From Camelus ferus (taxonomy: Eukaryota): a DNA stretch of 64,000 nucleotides. Below, piece by piece: positions 25,420-38,203 of this stretch; the first letter of the stretch is position 1, and each line of letters begins with the position of its first letter. The DNA lies in NCBI RefSeq assembly GCF_009834535.1, contig NC_045696.1:119724001-119788000 (forward strand). Reading direction: 5' to 3'. A program made the translations under genes and the position numbers. A model generated the notes under the pieces. It saw only the letters and a list, made by a program, of their open reading frames with translations, ran no database searches and had not been told where the DNA came from.

Positions 25420-25530
25420 TACAGTTTAATCCTCTCTTTTACGGAGAAAGAACCTTAGGCCTGAAGAGGTGAAGTAACTTGCCCAAGGTCACACAGCCAG
25501 TTACGGGGCGGCCAGGTCGGGTCTCTGCAC
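25420..25530 (-). mobile_element. MIR fragment
   Basis: gaggtgaagtaacttgcccaaggtcacacagccag is the MIR core in reverse orientation. Confidence 0.7.
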
Positions 25531-26071
25531 TTACAAGCCAATACTTTAAAATAAAAAAAAAAAAAAACGCTATTTAACTTCTTATTTTCTTTCTTGCACT
25601 GCTTTGCAGGAGCAGATCTGTTCTGTGACATATTTTACATATTCAACATATGTTGCCTGTCTTTAGGAAAGGTCTGCAACAGAATTTCACAGGGGCCACA
25701 TTCTGGTGTATTCATTGCAAAATAATGATTCCTTTATCCTTTTCAGATTCGCTTCTCATGCCAAGATAATGGGTCTTATTACATCCTTGCCTCTAATTCC
25801 TTCAATCTGATAATTAATTATCCTTACAGACGTCACACACCCAAGTCCAAGTGCCCCCCCAGGACTCAGCAATTTAAATGACATGCACATTACCCTTCAG
25901 AGGACACAGCCTTCTTTGTTTTCTTGATGGCTGCTGAAAAATCTGGATGGCAACTATTCTATGAAAATGTGTGCTTTCACTGAAAACAGATGCCTTTCTG
26001 TTATCTGCGAATGCAGGGCTCTTTTCTCCCTTTTGCTGTGTCCAGTAGTCTTTTAAAAACTGATGCGGGCT

Positions 26072-26202
26072 GGGGGAGGGGAGGGCTCAGTGGTAGAGCA
26101 TCTGTCTGGCAAGGGCGAGGTCCTGGGTTCAATCCCCAGTCCCTCCATTAAAAATAATGATAAATAAATAAAAGTTATTACCTCCCCCCACCAAAAACAA
26201 AA
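26072..26202 (+). mobile_element. tRNA-derived SINE (Vic-1-like)
   Basis: gggggaggggagggctcagtggtagagc...tcctgggttcaatccccagt, A-rich tail. Confidence 0.88.
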
Positions 26203-28799
26203 GTATACAGTGCTGAATGTCAATTAAATCTCAATAGAACTGGAAGGAGAAAAAAAGAGGAAAAAAAAAAAAGACTAGTGCAGGACTGTATTCGAAAATG
26301 TCACGTCACAGAGTTCTGCCAAGGTCAAGGCCAGGAGCGTAGACCCCATCCTGATGGGGCCAGGCAGAGGTGTGGAGGGGCAGGTGGGACAGAGCCGTTC
26401 TCGGAAAACAGGACACGCCACAGCATCCTTCCCCTGTTCGTTCCGGTCTGTGTCTGTGTGCGCAAGCCCGGGGGCTGCCTGCGGCGTTGGGTAGTAAGGT
26501 CTCTCTAAGGCAGCAGCCTTTCCTTGCGCAACCCTACACACACCACCACTCCTTTCTCACACAGTATCCGCAGAGCTCGGCCTTGGTTTTCACACCTGAT
26601 TTTGTGAGAGTTACAAGATACACAAAGTGGGATCAGAAATTTTTTTTAAAAACCAGAACCCCCAGGGAGACCTTATCTTAAAATCGCACGGTCTGTGTTT
26701 TTCTCTTTCTGTGACTTTTCAGCAAGCACTGCAGAACCCTACAGGTCTTCCCGTTCAAGGGTCCACATTCAACCAGCGAGTTCCGGACAGGAGAAAAAGG
26801 GAACTGCTCATCGTTTACGCTTCCTGTCGGCATGTTTAGAGCGTGGACACAAGAAAGACAGTGTCTGTGCTTCCAGGAGACTGGTGTTGAGTTAACACAT
26901 CATCCCTGTGGCAACAGACTCACAACAGACTCAGGATTCGTAAATTCAACTACAAACCAAGTCTTGAAGTTAAAGGGCAGCGCGTCCAGGATTTCCTGCT
27001 GACAGAACAGGGGATAACATATCAGACAGTTGATAAAGCTAGCCAAGTGTTGATAAAGCTAACCAGCTGGCTTGCATGGACGGTTCAATACAGGCATGTC
27101 CAGTGAGCACAGAAGTAAGCTGCCATCCTACCTATTTTATTCAAAATGTTGTTGTACCAGATTCAGAAAAGATCTCACAAGCTTCCCATCGCCAGTTTTC
27201 TCACCTTGGAACTGAATAGGGGGGTTAGTCTCAAGATAATAGCAAAGAAATTGCTTCGACAAGATTTCTGCCTCTGCGTGTTCTGTTGTTTCTGTCTGTG
27301 TAAATGGAGTAATGGCGCGCTGAGTCTGCCCAGTCGTCTGTTAGAGCAGGCAGACAGCTGGATGCGAGCAGAGAGGGGGGCTCGGGCCAAAGGGCGGGAA
27401 ACCACACATCTTGTGAACATCAGGGGCCCCGGGCAGACAGGGAAAAGCAGGAACCTCAGGACTGGTAAGAAACCACACATTTTGGGGGTAACAAGTGTCC
27501 TTGGAGGCTGACAAAGAAAGGTGGGAAAAGACATGAGTCTTCAGCATCCGAATGTAACCTTTTGCTTATTATGCCTTCATTTCAATAAAATTAGCCTTGC
27601 AGATGAGACGTGCCCATCATGTACTGGTGCCAAGACACTTCTGATCCCAACTAAATAAGGACAGAAATCCCTCCTCCCCTCGGGAAGGTGGAGCTGGGAT
27701 GGAAGTCAGGGAATACGACCCCAACCCCTTCCCTCCCCAGTGAACATTCTGCCCACTCATTTTTACATCCAGTGTAACCAGCTTGTCGAAGAAACTCAGG
27801 GCAGCTGCTCACCTGAGCCCACCCGCTCTCCCTGAAAGCATCCTATACCTTACTAAACCCTCACTTTGCTTTCTTGACCTCTGTGTCTCCCCTCTGAATT
27901 CTTTCCCTGAGGAGACAAGAACCTACCCTCCGGCAACATCGTTAGCACGGCTGGACAGGCGGGGTCTGAGGAGCCTCAGCCTCCCTCCTCCCGCGTGTCT
28001 GAGAGGCACTGCCTGCCGTCCCACGACGACTCCCTCTCTGTCTCTTGCTTGTCTCGTCTCTGCGTCCCTATCTCGCGCTTACTTTCCCATGTTACTCCAC
28101 TCAAAGCGAGGAAGGAGGTTTGCCAGGCTGGCCACTGGGTCTCGCACTTTTCCTTGTTGCATGTGAATGGGGCTTGTCAGGACAAGTTTGCAGCCGCTCT
28201 CACGGGCAGCTGGGGATCCAAACCACAGGAGTTTTGCCCTCTTGGTCTCCCTGATCCATCATTTAATTAACTGTCATCAGGTTCAATTGTGCAGAAATAG
28301 GAAACGCAGCCTTCCTTACACCGTAAGAGAGCTTCCACCATGGCTGCCACGATCCCTTTGGCACTCTCTCGCCCCACAAGTGGTCTATGGGGGTACCCCC
28401 AGGTGTCGGGGCCCATGCTGGGGGGCATGGTGGGGGGACACGTCAGGGCCACCATCTTTCGGTGGCATCCAGCATCCAGCTGGCCCTGTCCACGGTCTGC
28501 AGTGTGTCTGGGGTCCATCCTTGTCCCGACCCTCACCTCCCTTGCCTGGCCGGATGGCTCATGCGGGGCCAGGTCACGCACTTGGCCTGCCCCAGGGATA
28601 TGGCCCTGGTGGTGACCCAGCCCCCACTCCATGCTTGCCTCCCTGGGATGCAGAGCTGGAGGTGTCCTCACAGGGTGGCCAGGTCCTCCAACCCCCTCAG
28701 TGCAGGCGCCCCACGCCGCCATCCCCCAGCCTGTGCCTGCCCCGCCGCCCACTGGACAGATCACGTGGTGGTGGGGGGCGCCCACAAAAGGGAGGAGAG

Positions 28800-29788
28800 G
28801 AGAGAGGCTTTCACAGCATCCCACACACCACCTCCTTCACTGGCCAGTGCCTGTTTTCAGAAACTGACCACCCTTTTAGAGAAAGGAGGCTGGGACCTAA
28901 ATAGGTCCCGAACCATGAGGATGTCCATTCTAGGGGAGCACACAGGGGTGAATCACCAGCCAGAAAATGGAAGTGTCGATGACAATACCAGCCTGCAGTC
29001 AGACCTTTTTGAAAATGGACAGCAGTTCCTTATGTTCAGGCCTTTACGGCGGGAAGAGAGAGCTCAGAATTCTGTGAGTCCTCTGTCGGGGAACAGGGCC
29101 GGCTGGAACCCAGCCGGGCTGCGCAGAAGCCCCCCCGGTAACAGCCCTGGAGGAACCAAAGCCCCAGCACTCTGGCACCATCTCCAGCCCCTCCCCTGCC
29201 CAACAAGCAGCCTCTTACCCTTCCGTACCACAAGTGCAGCCTCAGCATCTCTGCCCCCCAGGAAGCAGTGCGCGGGCCTCAGGAAACTGCCAGGGTCCAC
29301 ACCATGATTTCTTTGTCCAGCCTCAACCAGTGCTTCTAACTGAGCCCAACTGGGACTATCAGCCAGGCCAGCCGGGCATCACCAGAAGGGACCACGTGGT
29401 CCTTTGCCTCACTGAAGGGATGAAATGATGCATAATTAAACCGGTTAACTATGCGAAGGTTAAAGAGATCACCCAAGGTCAAGACGAAAATCCAGTCCTA
29501 TTCCAGGCTCCAGAAAGGAGGTGAATGTGGACCCAAGCACCTTCGAGGGACATGTATCTATAACCCACTTCGTGAGCCAGTCGGCCCCTGACATCCCTCG
29601 GAAGCTTCAAGAGCTTCCGGTGGGGCCCTAAACCCCTCTCAACCTTCTTACTGACACAGCCTTCGGTGTCTTTAACAGTAGTGACCAGGCTGAGGAGAAG
29701 GAACAGCATGACTTAAGGAGTGACGGCAAGCCAGGCTTTTGGCAGCTGTCATGACAAGACCTAGCCTACCTCCTGGTCACCCCAAAAG
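28800..29788 (+). pseudogene. ERV gag remnant (MA-CA)
   Basis: PENGSVDDNTSLQSDLF..VPYVQAF (MA-like), PNWDYQPGQPG, KPVNYAKVKEITQGQDENP (major homology region), PDIPRKLQELPVGP; several frameshifts and stops. Confidence 0.85.
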
Positions 29789-30559
29789 TGGTACCCAACC
29801 TGGTCCATGTGCCTCATGCACTGAGATACCAAACAAACTGAAACATTGGAGTTTGGAGCAGAGCAAAGTTTCTTGCTGAGCGGAGCACAGAGAAGGGGTG
29901 GTTTGTGCCCAGAAAACCCCCGAACTCCCCAAGGGGTTTCAGATGAGCCTTTTTAAAGCCCAGCTGAGGGAGGGGCATCCCAGGGTCTGTGATTAGCTGT
30001 GTACAATTCTGACTGGTCAACCATGCTCAGTCCTTAGGTGGCAGAAGGCCTGGGGGCCACGTGCTCATGATCATCACATAGTTAATTTCTTCCCTTTGGT
30101 GGTGGTTTTAGCATCTGAACAACTCAGGAAATACCCATGAGATGCTATTATCTGAGTCCTTCAGGGAGGAGCTGCAGCAGAGGATGTGGGGGAAGGGCCT
30201 GTCCTGGGAAGGCACCCAGGTGTCCTGTCACATTTGGTCACAGGTCCCCCTTTTCCTGGAGCCCTCTCGGTCTTAAGGCGAACAGGTGAGGGGCAGGAAG
30301 GGGAGTGATGTTTTGGATAGGTTCGTCATCAGCTCGGCAGAGGCACTCGCTTTCAACCTCGAATCCTGTTCCATCCTCCCCTGATCTGTCAGGGGACCGG
30401 GTAACGACTGCTCTGGCTACTTCCTGCTGAAACGGGGTGCAGTCCTACCTTGATTGGGGAGTGGGTACCAAATTGGAAATATCCCCAAGTTCCAAGTCCG
30501 GGATCCGAGCCTTGTATGATTAAGCTCATTCCCTGAGGAATTCAGGAGAATAAGCCTGA

Positions 30560-30790
30560 AGACCAGTCTGGACCTGGCACTTGGAAGCCAGGTAACCAGT
30601 TGTCTACTTTTATTTGAGTAGCTTTTAACTTTTGATGTACTAACATAGGCATAACAAGAGCTGTTGGCCACTGTGCGTGTCTCCTTTTTTCTGCTAACAT
30701 CTGATCTAAAGCAATTTTATTGTCTAAAAATTTAGTAGTTATAAGAGGAGACCTTGAGGTCGTAAGGCTGCAGCTGCCACCTGCCAGCAG
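30560..30790 (-). pseudogene. ERV env TM remnant (immunosuppressive domain and CX6CC region)
   Basis: FLDNKIALDQMLAEK followed after a frameshift by VANSSCYAYVSTS, a decayed LDNRxALDxLLAExGGVCAVxNxSCC motif. Confidence 0.8.
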
Positions 30791-32701
30791 ACACTGCTTT
30801 GAGAATGGCTGGTGGCATCCTGAGTCTGACACAGCTCAGAGATTTCGAGTTCTCAACAATACAGGAACGTGTCTGAGATCACCCACAGTGGCCACCTAGG
30901 TTTACCTCAGAGGTCTGAACCACAGCTACTCCATTTCTGACTTTCAAGTGCAGGCCCCTCCTCAAGGCCAAAGCAGGTGTGCAGTGCCTGTCCAAAAGGC
31001 CGTGAAAACAGGCCACTTTGGTCAGCAAAGTTTAAGTCAAACCATGCATAAGCCAGAATGACTTCCTCATACCTCTGTATGTGCAGACTTCCCCGTTTGT
31101 TTCCTCTTTCGATTACTAATCTTTCAGTAGAAAGCATTGATATTTAACATCTGTCCCTTGATGGTGGGGTGGTAGCTCCTGTCCCAGGTCCAGATAATGT
31201 CCCTCAGTGCCAGGCCTCCTTTATATTTGCCTGGTTCCGCGTTGGGGGAAAACAAACCAGAAAAGGTGAACAGGCTCAGAGGTGTGTTAACAGGCAAACC
31301 CTTTACAGGCCATACATTTTATCACTTACACCCAGTTGTCACACAAGCATTGTACATGTGCTTTTAGCAGCAGACTTAAAGCACACAGTGGTACACATCA
31401 TGAGTAGTTACCCTCTGTGACAGCTCCAGCAGACACTTCTCTTCCTGTCCTAAACATTGGGCACAATATTGAAAGGGAGACAAACACTTGGTAAATAGCT
31501 TAATTAGAAAACAGATTAAAAGCTGGTAATACTCCAACCAAATAATTATAACCATATTCATCAGGTCACTCAATCCTGCACACTCAATCCCTTTTACTAA
31601 CAGATTTATGCAATCAGTTTTCATTAGACTTCTGAAATATCCTACCCAGCTCTGCATTATGATCCAAAAGAAACCCGTACTTGTCAGAAGGTCCCTCTTA
31701 CGAATCTTCTTGAAGATGAAGCAGTCCCACAAACCATCAGTGTTACTGTCCCCGAATGACACAAGACCCAACGAGGCCAAGGTAAAAGATCTGACTACGT
31801 GCTTTTGACAGAGAAGCTTACCCACGTTGCCGTGACAAACAACCTTCCAAGAAAACAGCCAGAACCGTGACTGGCGGCATGGTGCCAGGACGTTCCCAAA
31901 CCTGAGACCCCGCGTCACCTCTAGCATGTCCACATCGACAACGTCCACCCACACCGCACAGTCCGAGCAGGTGCATCGCTCCCTCGGCAAGGCTTCCCGT
32001 GCGATCCAGCACACCAGCCTCTCCTGGTTAAACAGTTCTCTCTGAGATGCCACAGGGGCCCTCTGAAGCCCCCCAAGTTAGCCGAAGTCAAAAAGAACTT
32101 TATTTAGAATTTGATAGGAAGTCTGTCAACAATATCAAAAAGTTTCACACAATCTGTTATCAGAAGTAAACTTCTCCTCCCAATAGGGAGGAACCAGGTC
32201 TAGTCCTGCACCAGCCTGCTTTTCATAACAAAGTCCACTTACCGAATTAAGTCAAATCTACCTTCAGCCTGACCATGCACAGAACTGCTTTTCTTAAGGG
32301 GTCCCTTTCTACACACTTTCCACAGCTTTCTGTATCCATATTAGTTTGTCCCTTATTTTTTTTCTGTCTAGAAACAACTGGCTCTAGGAACAAATCACTG
32401 CCTTTTCCCTTAACCAAATGCAATGACATTTCTCATTCCTTTTTTTTTTTAATTTAAAACATGTATCCTACTGTACACTGAAATGTTTCCTTTATTATTT
32501 CTAGTAGCCTTAATTACATATTTAAATTAGAATCCTTAACTCTTGAAAATCCTAACTTCTGGTGAATGTTTCCATATCCTAGCTTGTTTGGGAGTGACCT
32601 AACTATTCATCTATTCAATGAACTTCCATCATTTAACCCCGTCCAGCACAACTCCAAAATTTTAAGTCACCAAATATTCAGAGAGATCATCTTCAAGTAG
32701 A

Positions 32702-33187
32702 TGTCGACTGAAATAAATGCACAACCTGAAAGTTGAGAGAGTTCTGTTTCATTCGGTGGACAATTCTGAGGACTTGAGCCTGGGATGACAGCATCTCAGA
32801 TCGCTCTGAAGAGGTAGGGGAGGAGGCAAGATATATAGGAGTTTTACAACAAAGACCAGGAGTTAGAACATTAAAAGATTACTTGTTAACGAGACATCTC
32901 AAGTGAAAGAATTTAGCACTTTTCTCTGTATGGAGGGAGCAGACATTTGGGCTCATCGAATTCATTCCTTTGACATGCACCCAGCTATCTAGGGCCAGTG
33001 TCCTGTCCTTTCTTGTTCTGAGTCCCCTCAGAGGACAGCACTGTGAGTGGCTGTAGAGGCCGGGCTGCAGGCTTGTCCTCATTGGGGGGGGGGTGGCGGG
33101 GGCGGGGGGGGGGTGGCAGCCGCTGATGACTTGATGGCTTCCGCATTCTCTGTTTACTGATACAGCCGGCAGTATTTTTTGTTCACA
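32702..33187 (-). mobile_element. Solo LTR (MER41-like) nested in the second ERV
   Basis: tg...ca termini; 4-bp TSD taga/tgga; acaacctgaaagttgag...gaggacttgagcctggga...cagctatctagggccag resembles recalled ruminant MER41-type LTRs. Confidence 0.75.
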
Positions 33188-34356
33188 TGGACATTCCTAA
33201 AGCACCACTGTTCCTGAAGAGTCCACCCAGACGTTCTCATCTCATTTGCACTGAATTCACTTATAAGACTTTCATCATCCCAAGTGAATTATTTTTCTTC
33301 TGCTGACAAACTCTGCAACAGAAACCACAGGAACCTGCTGACCAGGAAACCTAGGTACAAAGACACGTCTGATTATACCGATAAGCTGAAGCGAGACTTC
33401 ATGTCAGGTATCAACTTAATACGGAGCATTTCCTAGGTCACAGGAGCCTGAAATCCGTTCTGCCTAGCTTCTTTTATACTTGCAAGTATTTAACTTGTAA
33501 GCATCTACTTTTAAATCAGTTAAAAAGAACTTATTCACAAGTTCCTTTTTTAATGTAAAAACAGAAATCTCAGTTTCTCTGCTTCAGTTTTAAAAAAGCT
33601 GTTTTTCCTTGTGAAGAAAAGGTAGATCATTCCATCTCAAAGGAACAGAAGAGAAATGCCAATTTCTGCTCTAATGGCTTATAGAAAACCATCTCGGCTA
33701 TTTTCAGGGTTTTTTCTTTTTTCCAGTTCCCAAAAATATTCACTTCAGTTTAAAGAAATAACAGTAATAGACTGTATATATTTATATACGTACATATCTA
33801 ATCACTCTCACACTCACACGCCTCATTTTCAGCAAAACCAGGGAGAGAGAACAGGATTTGGACTCAGGTACTGAGCCCCCACCCCCACACACACCCCCTG
33901 CCAAAATAAAAGCCAAACTGCACGCCGCCCACTTTGCTGTGACAGCAGAGCCATCAGGGCCGCTGTTCTCCAGATCTCAGGGAGCACTGAGCCCACACAC
34001 TGTTATAAATATATATATTTTTTATTGTTTCTTTCATTTATGGGAGCATAACGGAACACACCCTAGTGGGACTGGAAGGTGGAACAGAGGTCTGATCATC
34101 CTGCTAATTACTCACCAACGCTATCAACCCTCAAGCAAACAAGTTCAAAACGGTCTCTCAGGGTCACAGTTCCCTAGACCCCAAAGGGAGCACCCCAGCC
34201 AGTGCCCCGTCAGAGACAAGGCTGAATGAAAGACCAGGGCTGGAAAGGGAACGGCCCCGTGACACTCCGCCCCAGGCGAGGCCAGCGCGAGAGGGAGGAC
34301 ACCCTGGTGCCGTCACACAGGAGCCCCGGTACTCAGAGATGCCTCAGCCAGTCCAG

Positions 34357-34404
34357 GTGCGCGCGCGCACACACACACACACACACGCACACACACACAC
34401 ACAC
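34357..34404. repeat. (GC)n(CA)n microsatellite
   Basis: gtgcgcgcgcgc followed by an imperfect (AC)n run; alternating purine-pyrimidine. Confidence 0.9.
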
Positions 34405-35469
34405 CAGACATGGTCCCACAAACTGAAGCTCAGACGAGCTGTGGTCCCAAAATTCCACGTCCTCTCCTAGACGGAGGCTCCCCAGTGGCCCTGATCCCGA
34501 AAGAGAACGGACCCAGCGTGGCTCCCAGTGAGCCCAGAATGACCCACTTTCCGGGAGGGAAGGAGCCTGGGTGGAGTGGGGACAATCTTCCATCCTACAC
34601 AACCGGAGTGGCTCACCCCAAAGCCAGACACACACACACAAACAGCAGGTAAGGTTTGGTCACACAGGCCGCAGAGGAGGTGTCGCCTAAAAAGTCCACT
34701 TCCATCTCCAGACGAGGCCTCCAGACAGGTGGGCCCGGCCCTCGGAGGGGCAGGGACCTGGGGGGAGCTCACGATGAGCCCGGGGCGGCTCCCTTCCCGG
34801 AGGGACCGAGCCCAGATGGAGTGGGCAGGGTTCCCCGCCCGCGCGAGCCGGAGACACTCACCCCCGCAGTGTGGACGCAGCTCCGGAAGGTTCTCGGCTC
34901 CAAACAGCCTTGTCCCAGGGCGGCCTTGACCTCAGGGAGGGTCCCTTCTGCTTCCGGGAGCGACGTGAGCCCGGGCCGCTGCTGGGACCCGGGGAGGGGC
35001 TGCCCCCGGCCAGGGGCCGACCCTGCCCGGGCACAGGATCCCCGCTGGCTCCCCCGAAACTGTTCCCGACACGAGTCCGTGTGCCCCACACACGGTGAGG
35101 CCAAGCAAACCGAAACGCCAGAGTTTGGAGCAGAGAAATCTTCACTGCTGGGCGGAAGCAAGGAGAACAGGTGGCTCATGCCCAAAACCCGCCCCCTACT
35201 CGAGGGGTTTCAGCTGAGCCTTTTAAAGGTTCTGGTGAGGGAGGGCCATCCTGGGGGTCTGTGACCAGCTGTGCACAATTCTGATCGGTCAATGATGCTC
35301 AATCCTTAGGCGCCAGGTCTGGGGGCCATGTGCTCATGATCATCGAGTAAATTTCTCCCACTTGGTGGTGGGTTTAGCATCTGACTCTTATCTGGGTCCT
35401 TCAGAGAGGAGCTGAGGATGGGGGAGGGGCCTGTCCTGGGACGGCCCCGCAGGGCCCTGCTGGGTTCTC

Positions 35470-36210
35470 CCAGGAGACCCCCACCAGGAAAGGGAGCCTA
35501 CTTCAGCTGTGGAGCCAGGAATGCCCAGGAAACCGATGCATGCTCAGCCTCCACCCAAGACGCCGTGGCCACGGCCACTCTGTAAAGAGATGGGCCACTG
35601 GATGAGCGAGAGCCCTCAGCTCCGAAGGGAGGAAACTCCCCCACGCCAGTCATGGCAGTGCTTGACTGACGGGACCCGGGACCTCCCGAGGCTCCTGAGA
35701 AGACAGGCATCATCGCACGGGAGGAACCACGGGTGACTACTGGCGCGGCAGGTAAACTCACCCAGTTTCTAGTGGACACGGGAGCCACTTACTCTGTCCT
35801 GACTTCTCACACTGTCCCTGAAACTGCGCTGTTACTGGGGCAGAAGGAAGGCCAGAGGTGGAACATCTCACCACGCCTCTCGCTGGCACCTGGGGAAAGA
35901 CCCCTGTAACTCACAAGTTCCCTGTCGTGCCTGAGAGCCCAGGCCCATTACTGGGAAGAGGTTTTCTCTCAGTCTTGGGGTCACTCTTACTCTCCCTGAA
36001 AATCAAAACCAAGGCCTCCTTTTGGCTAGACCATGCATTATACAAAACATGGACAGTCCAGCCCAAAATATTCTCCCAGAAATTGAAAAACGTATAGATC
36101 CACAGGTCTGGGATCAGGGAATCCCAAGAAGGCAAAAAGTTTGTCTCTCCTGTAAATATCACCTTAAAGGAAGCTAATAACTTCCCTTCCGGGCGCCAGT
36201 TCCCTCCCTG
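35470..36210 (+). pseudogene. Continuation of the outer ERV: gag NC, protease and start of pol (RT/IN deleted)
   Basis: Decayed zinc knuckle PLCKEMGHWMSESP; GAC TGA CGG gag stop; protease QFLVDTGATYSVL (DTG at 35775-35783) and PESPGPLLGRGFL; pol start VDPQVWDQG...ITLKEANNFPSGRQFP. Confidence 0.88.
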
Positions 36211-37397
36211 TCCAGTACGCTCTCCGTGTCTCTGCTCTCCTGTGCTCTCCGTGTCTCTGCTCTCCTGCTTCGTGAGGTCATGTCTCCCGTAACCACACCC
36301 ATCCTTGCAGTCCTCTTTATCACTCATGTCGCCACAGCTCCAGCTTACACGTGTCCACTACCTGGCACCACGAATATCACTGCCAAAGTCATCTGACCGC
36401 TGGCCTGCCCCACAGCCACGCCTCCCCTAGGGGACCTACGTCTTCTAGGACTGCCCGCCTCCTTGGGGGGCTGATGGGGCTAACACAAAACACGCTGGGC
36501 CCCCATGTACCAGCCAGGGCGGTGAGGAAAGGGGAACTAGGGCAGGGCCCCTGGGAGGCCAGACCCTCGGAACCAGACACCCTATCCCAGATCAGAGGGA
36601 AGGGTATTTCAGCTTCGGGGCAAAGCCAGACTCTGTTTTACCAGCACTCGCATCTGGGACAAAAATTAGGATGGAAAATACAACATTCTGCCATCACACT
36701 CTAATTTTTAGTGACCACAGTGAGTGACAGACACCAACCAGACTGTCAATACCCAAGACGTGGGGGATGCCACTATCCAGGAGAAAAACCTGTGACTGAA
36801 ATAAATGACCCCAAAGCCCGCAATGAAAGCATAATGTTAGGTAACTACACGCAAGAGGAGTCCAGCATAGGGACCAGACAACACTCAGAACAATAATGTT
36901 TAATATAGCTAATAACTATACTCAGATGTATTTCAGTCTCTCCCAATTACAGCTGCTGTACCAGAATTTCTGAGGCACCAAGGAGAAAAACCCCACAGCT
37001 TCAGAACACTCCCAACTCCAGATGATGCAACACCGGGGATGTCAGCCCATCCCACCTGAAGATGATGACTGTCAGACTCTACTGGACAAGGCTCGGCCTC
37101 CTCCCACCCGCCCTCCTCCATCCTCGCCACAGCAACAACCCTGAGACCCCACCTCCGACAGGCAGCAGCTCCCCTGCTCAGCTTGAAGCACGTGCAGAAG
37201 AAGGGCCATTGACTCTTTGCCCTCAAAAGATTTTAAGGGCCCAGAGTCCTTGAGGGGGGAATGTTAGAGCAGGCAGATAGCTGGATATGAGCAGGGAAAG
37301 GGGGCCACAGGCCACGGGGCAGGAAACCATGGGGGTCCTTGGGCAGACCAAGAAAAGCAGGAACCTCCAGACTTAGAAGAAATCACATTTCGGAGGT

Positions 37398-38203
37398 ATC
37401 ACCTCACACCAGTCAGAATGGCCATCATTCAAATGTCTACAAACAATAAATGCTGGAGAGGGTGCGGAGAAAAAGGAACCATCCTACACTGTTGATAGGA
37501 TGCAAATTGGTGCAGCCACTCTGGAGAAGGTATGGAGGTTCCTTAAAAAAAACCTAAAAATACAGTTACCATATGATCCAGCAATCCCACTCCTAGGCTT
37601 CATATCCAGAGGAAAATCTAACTTGAAGACACATGCACCCCAATGTTTATAGCAGTAATATTTACAATAGCCAAGCCACGGAAACAACCTAAATATCCAT
37701 CAATAGATGACTAGATAAAGAAGATGTGGAATATTTTATACCATGGAATACTACTCGGTTATATAAAAAAAAAAAGCATGCCATTTGCAGCAACATGGAT
37801 GGACCAGGAGATCATCATACTAGGTGAAGTAAGCCAGAAAGACAAAGAAAAATATCATATGATATTACTCATATGTGGAATCTAAAAAAAATGACACAAA
37901 TGAACTTATTTATCAAACAGAAACAGACTCACAGACATAGAAAACAAACCTGTGGTTATGAGAGGGGGAAGGGGAGTGCGGAGGGATAAATTGGGAGTTC
38001 AGGATTTGCAGATACTAATTACTATATATAAAACAGATAAACAGCAATTTCCTACTGTATAGCATAGGAAACTATATTCAATACCTTGGAATAGCCAATA
38101 ATGAAAAAGAATATGAAAAGGATATACATGTGTAACTGAATCACTATGCTGTACACCAGAAATTAACACCTCATAAACTGACTATACTTCAATTAGAAAA
38201 AAA
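37398..38203 (+). mobile_element. Young 5'-truncated L1 inserted in the outer ERV 3' LTR
   Basis: atcacctcacaccagtcagaatggcc...poly(A); degenerate TSD aaatcacatttcggaggt/aaatcacccttctggggt. Confidence 0.9.

Larger units (their letters stand above)
29789..35469 (-). mobile_element. Nested second ERV1 provirus in opposite orientation, inserted into the outer gag
   Basis: Paired LTRs at 29789-30242 and 35061-~35469; on the - strand, PPT ggaaaaggggga at ~30245-30256 and a tRNA-Arg-like PBS (ggggagccagcgggga) at ~35039-35057; AT-rich non-coding interior. Confidence 0.85.

Noticed and set aside
27939..27958. Assigning a tRNA primer to the outer ERV PBS
   Set aside because: tcgttagcacggctggac is too degenerate; only a weak resemblance to a Met-type PBS
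28167..29307. Long ORFs of 245 and 306 aa as a novel or domesticated gene
   Set aside because: They lie in the GC-rich ERV leader and gag; gag motifs switch frames and contain stops, so these are chance ORFs in a decayed provirus
30417..30832. Syncytin-like captured env
   Set aside because: Only a short, frameshifted TM remnant with a broken CX6CC motif; no intact SU/TM ORF
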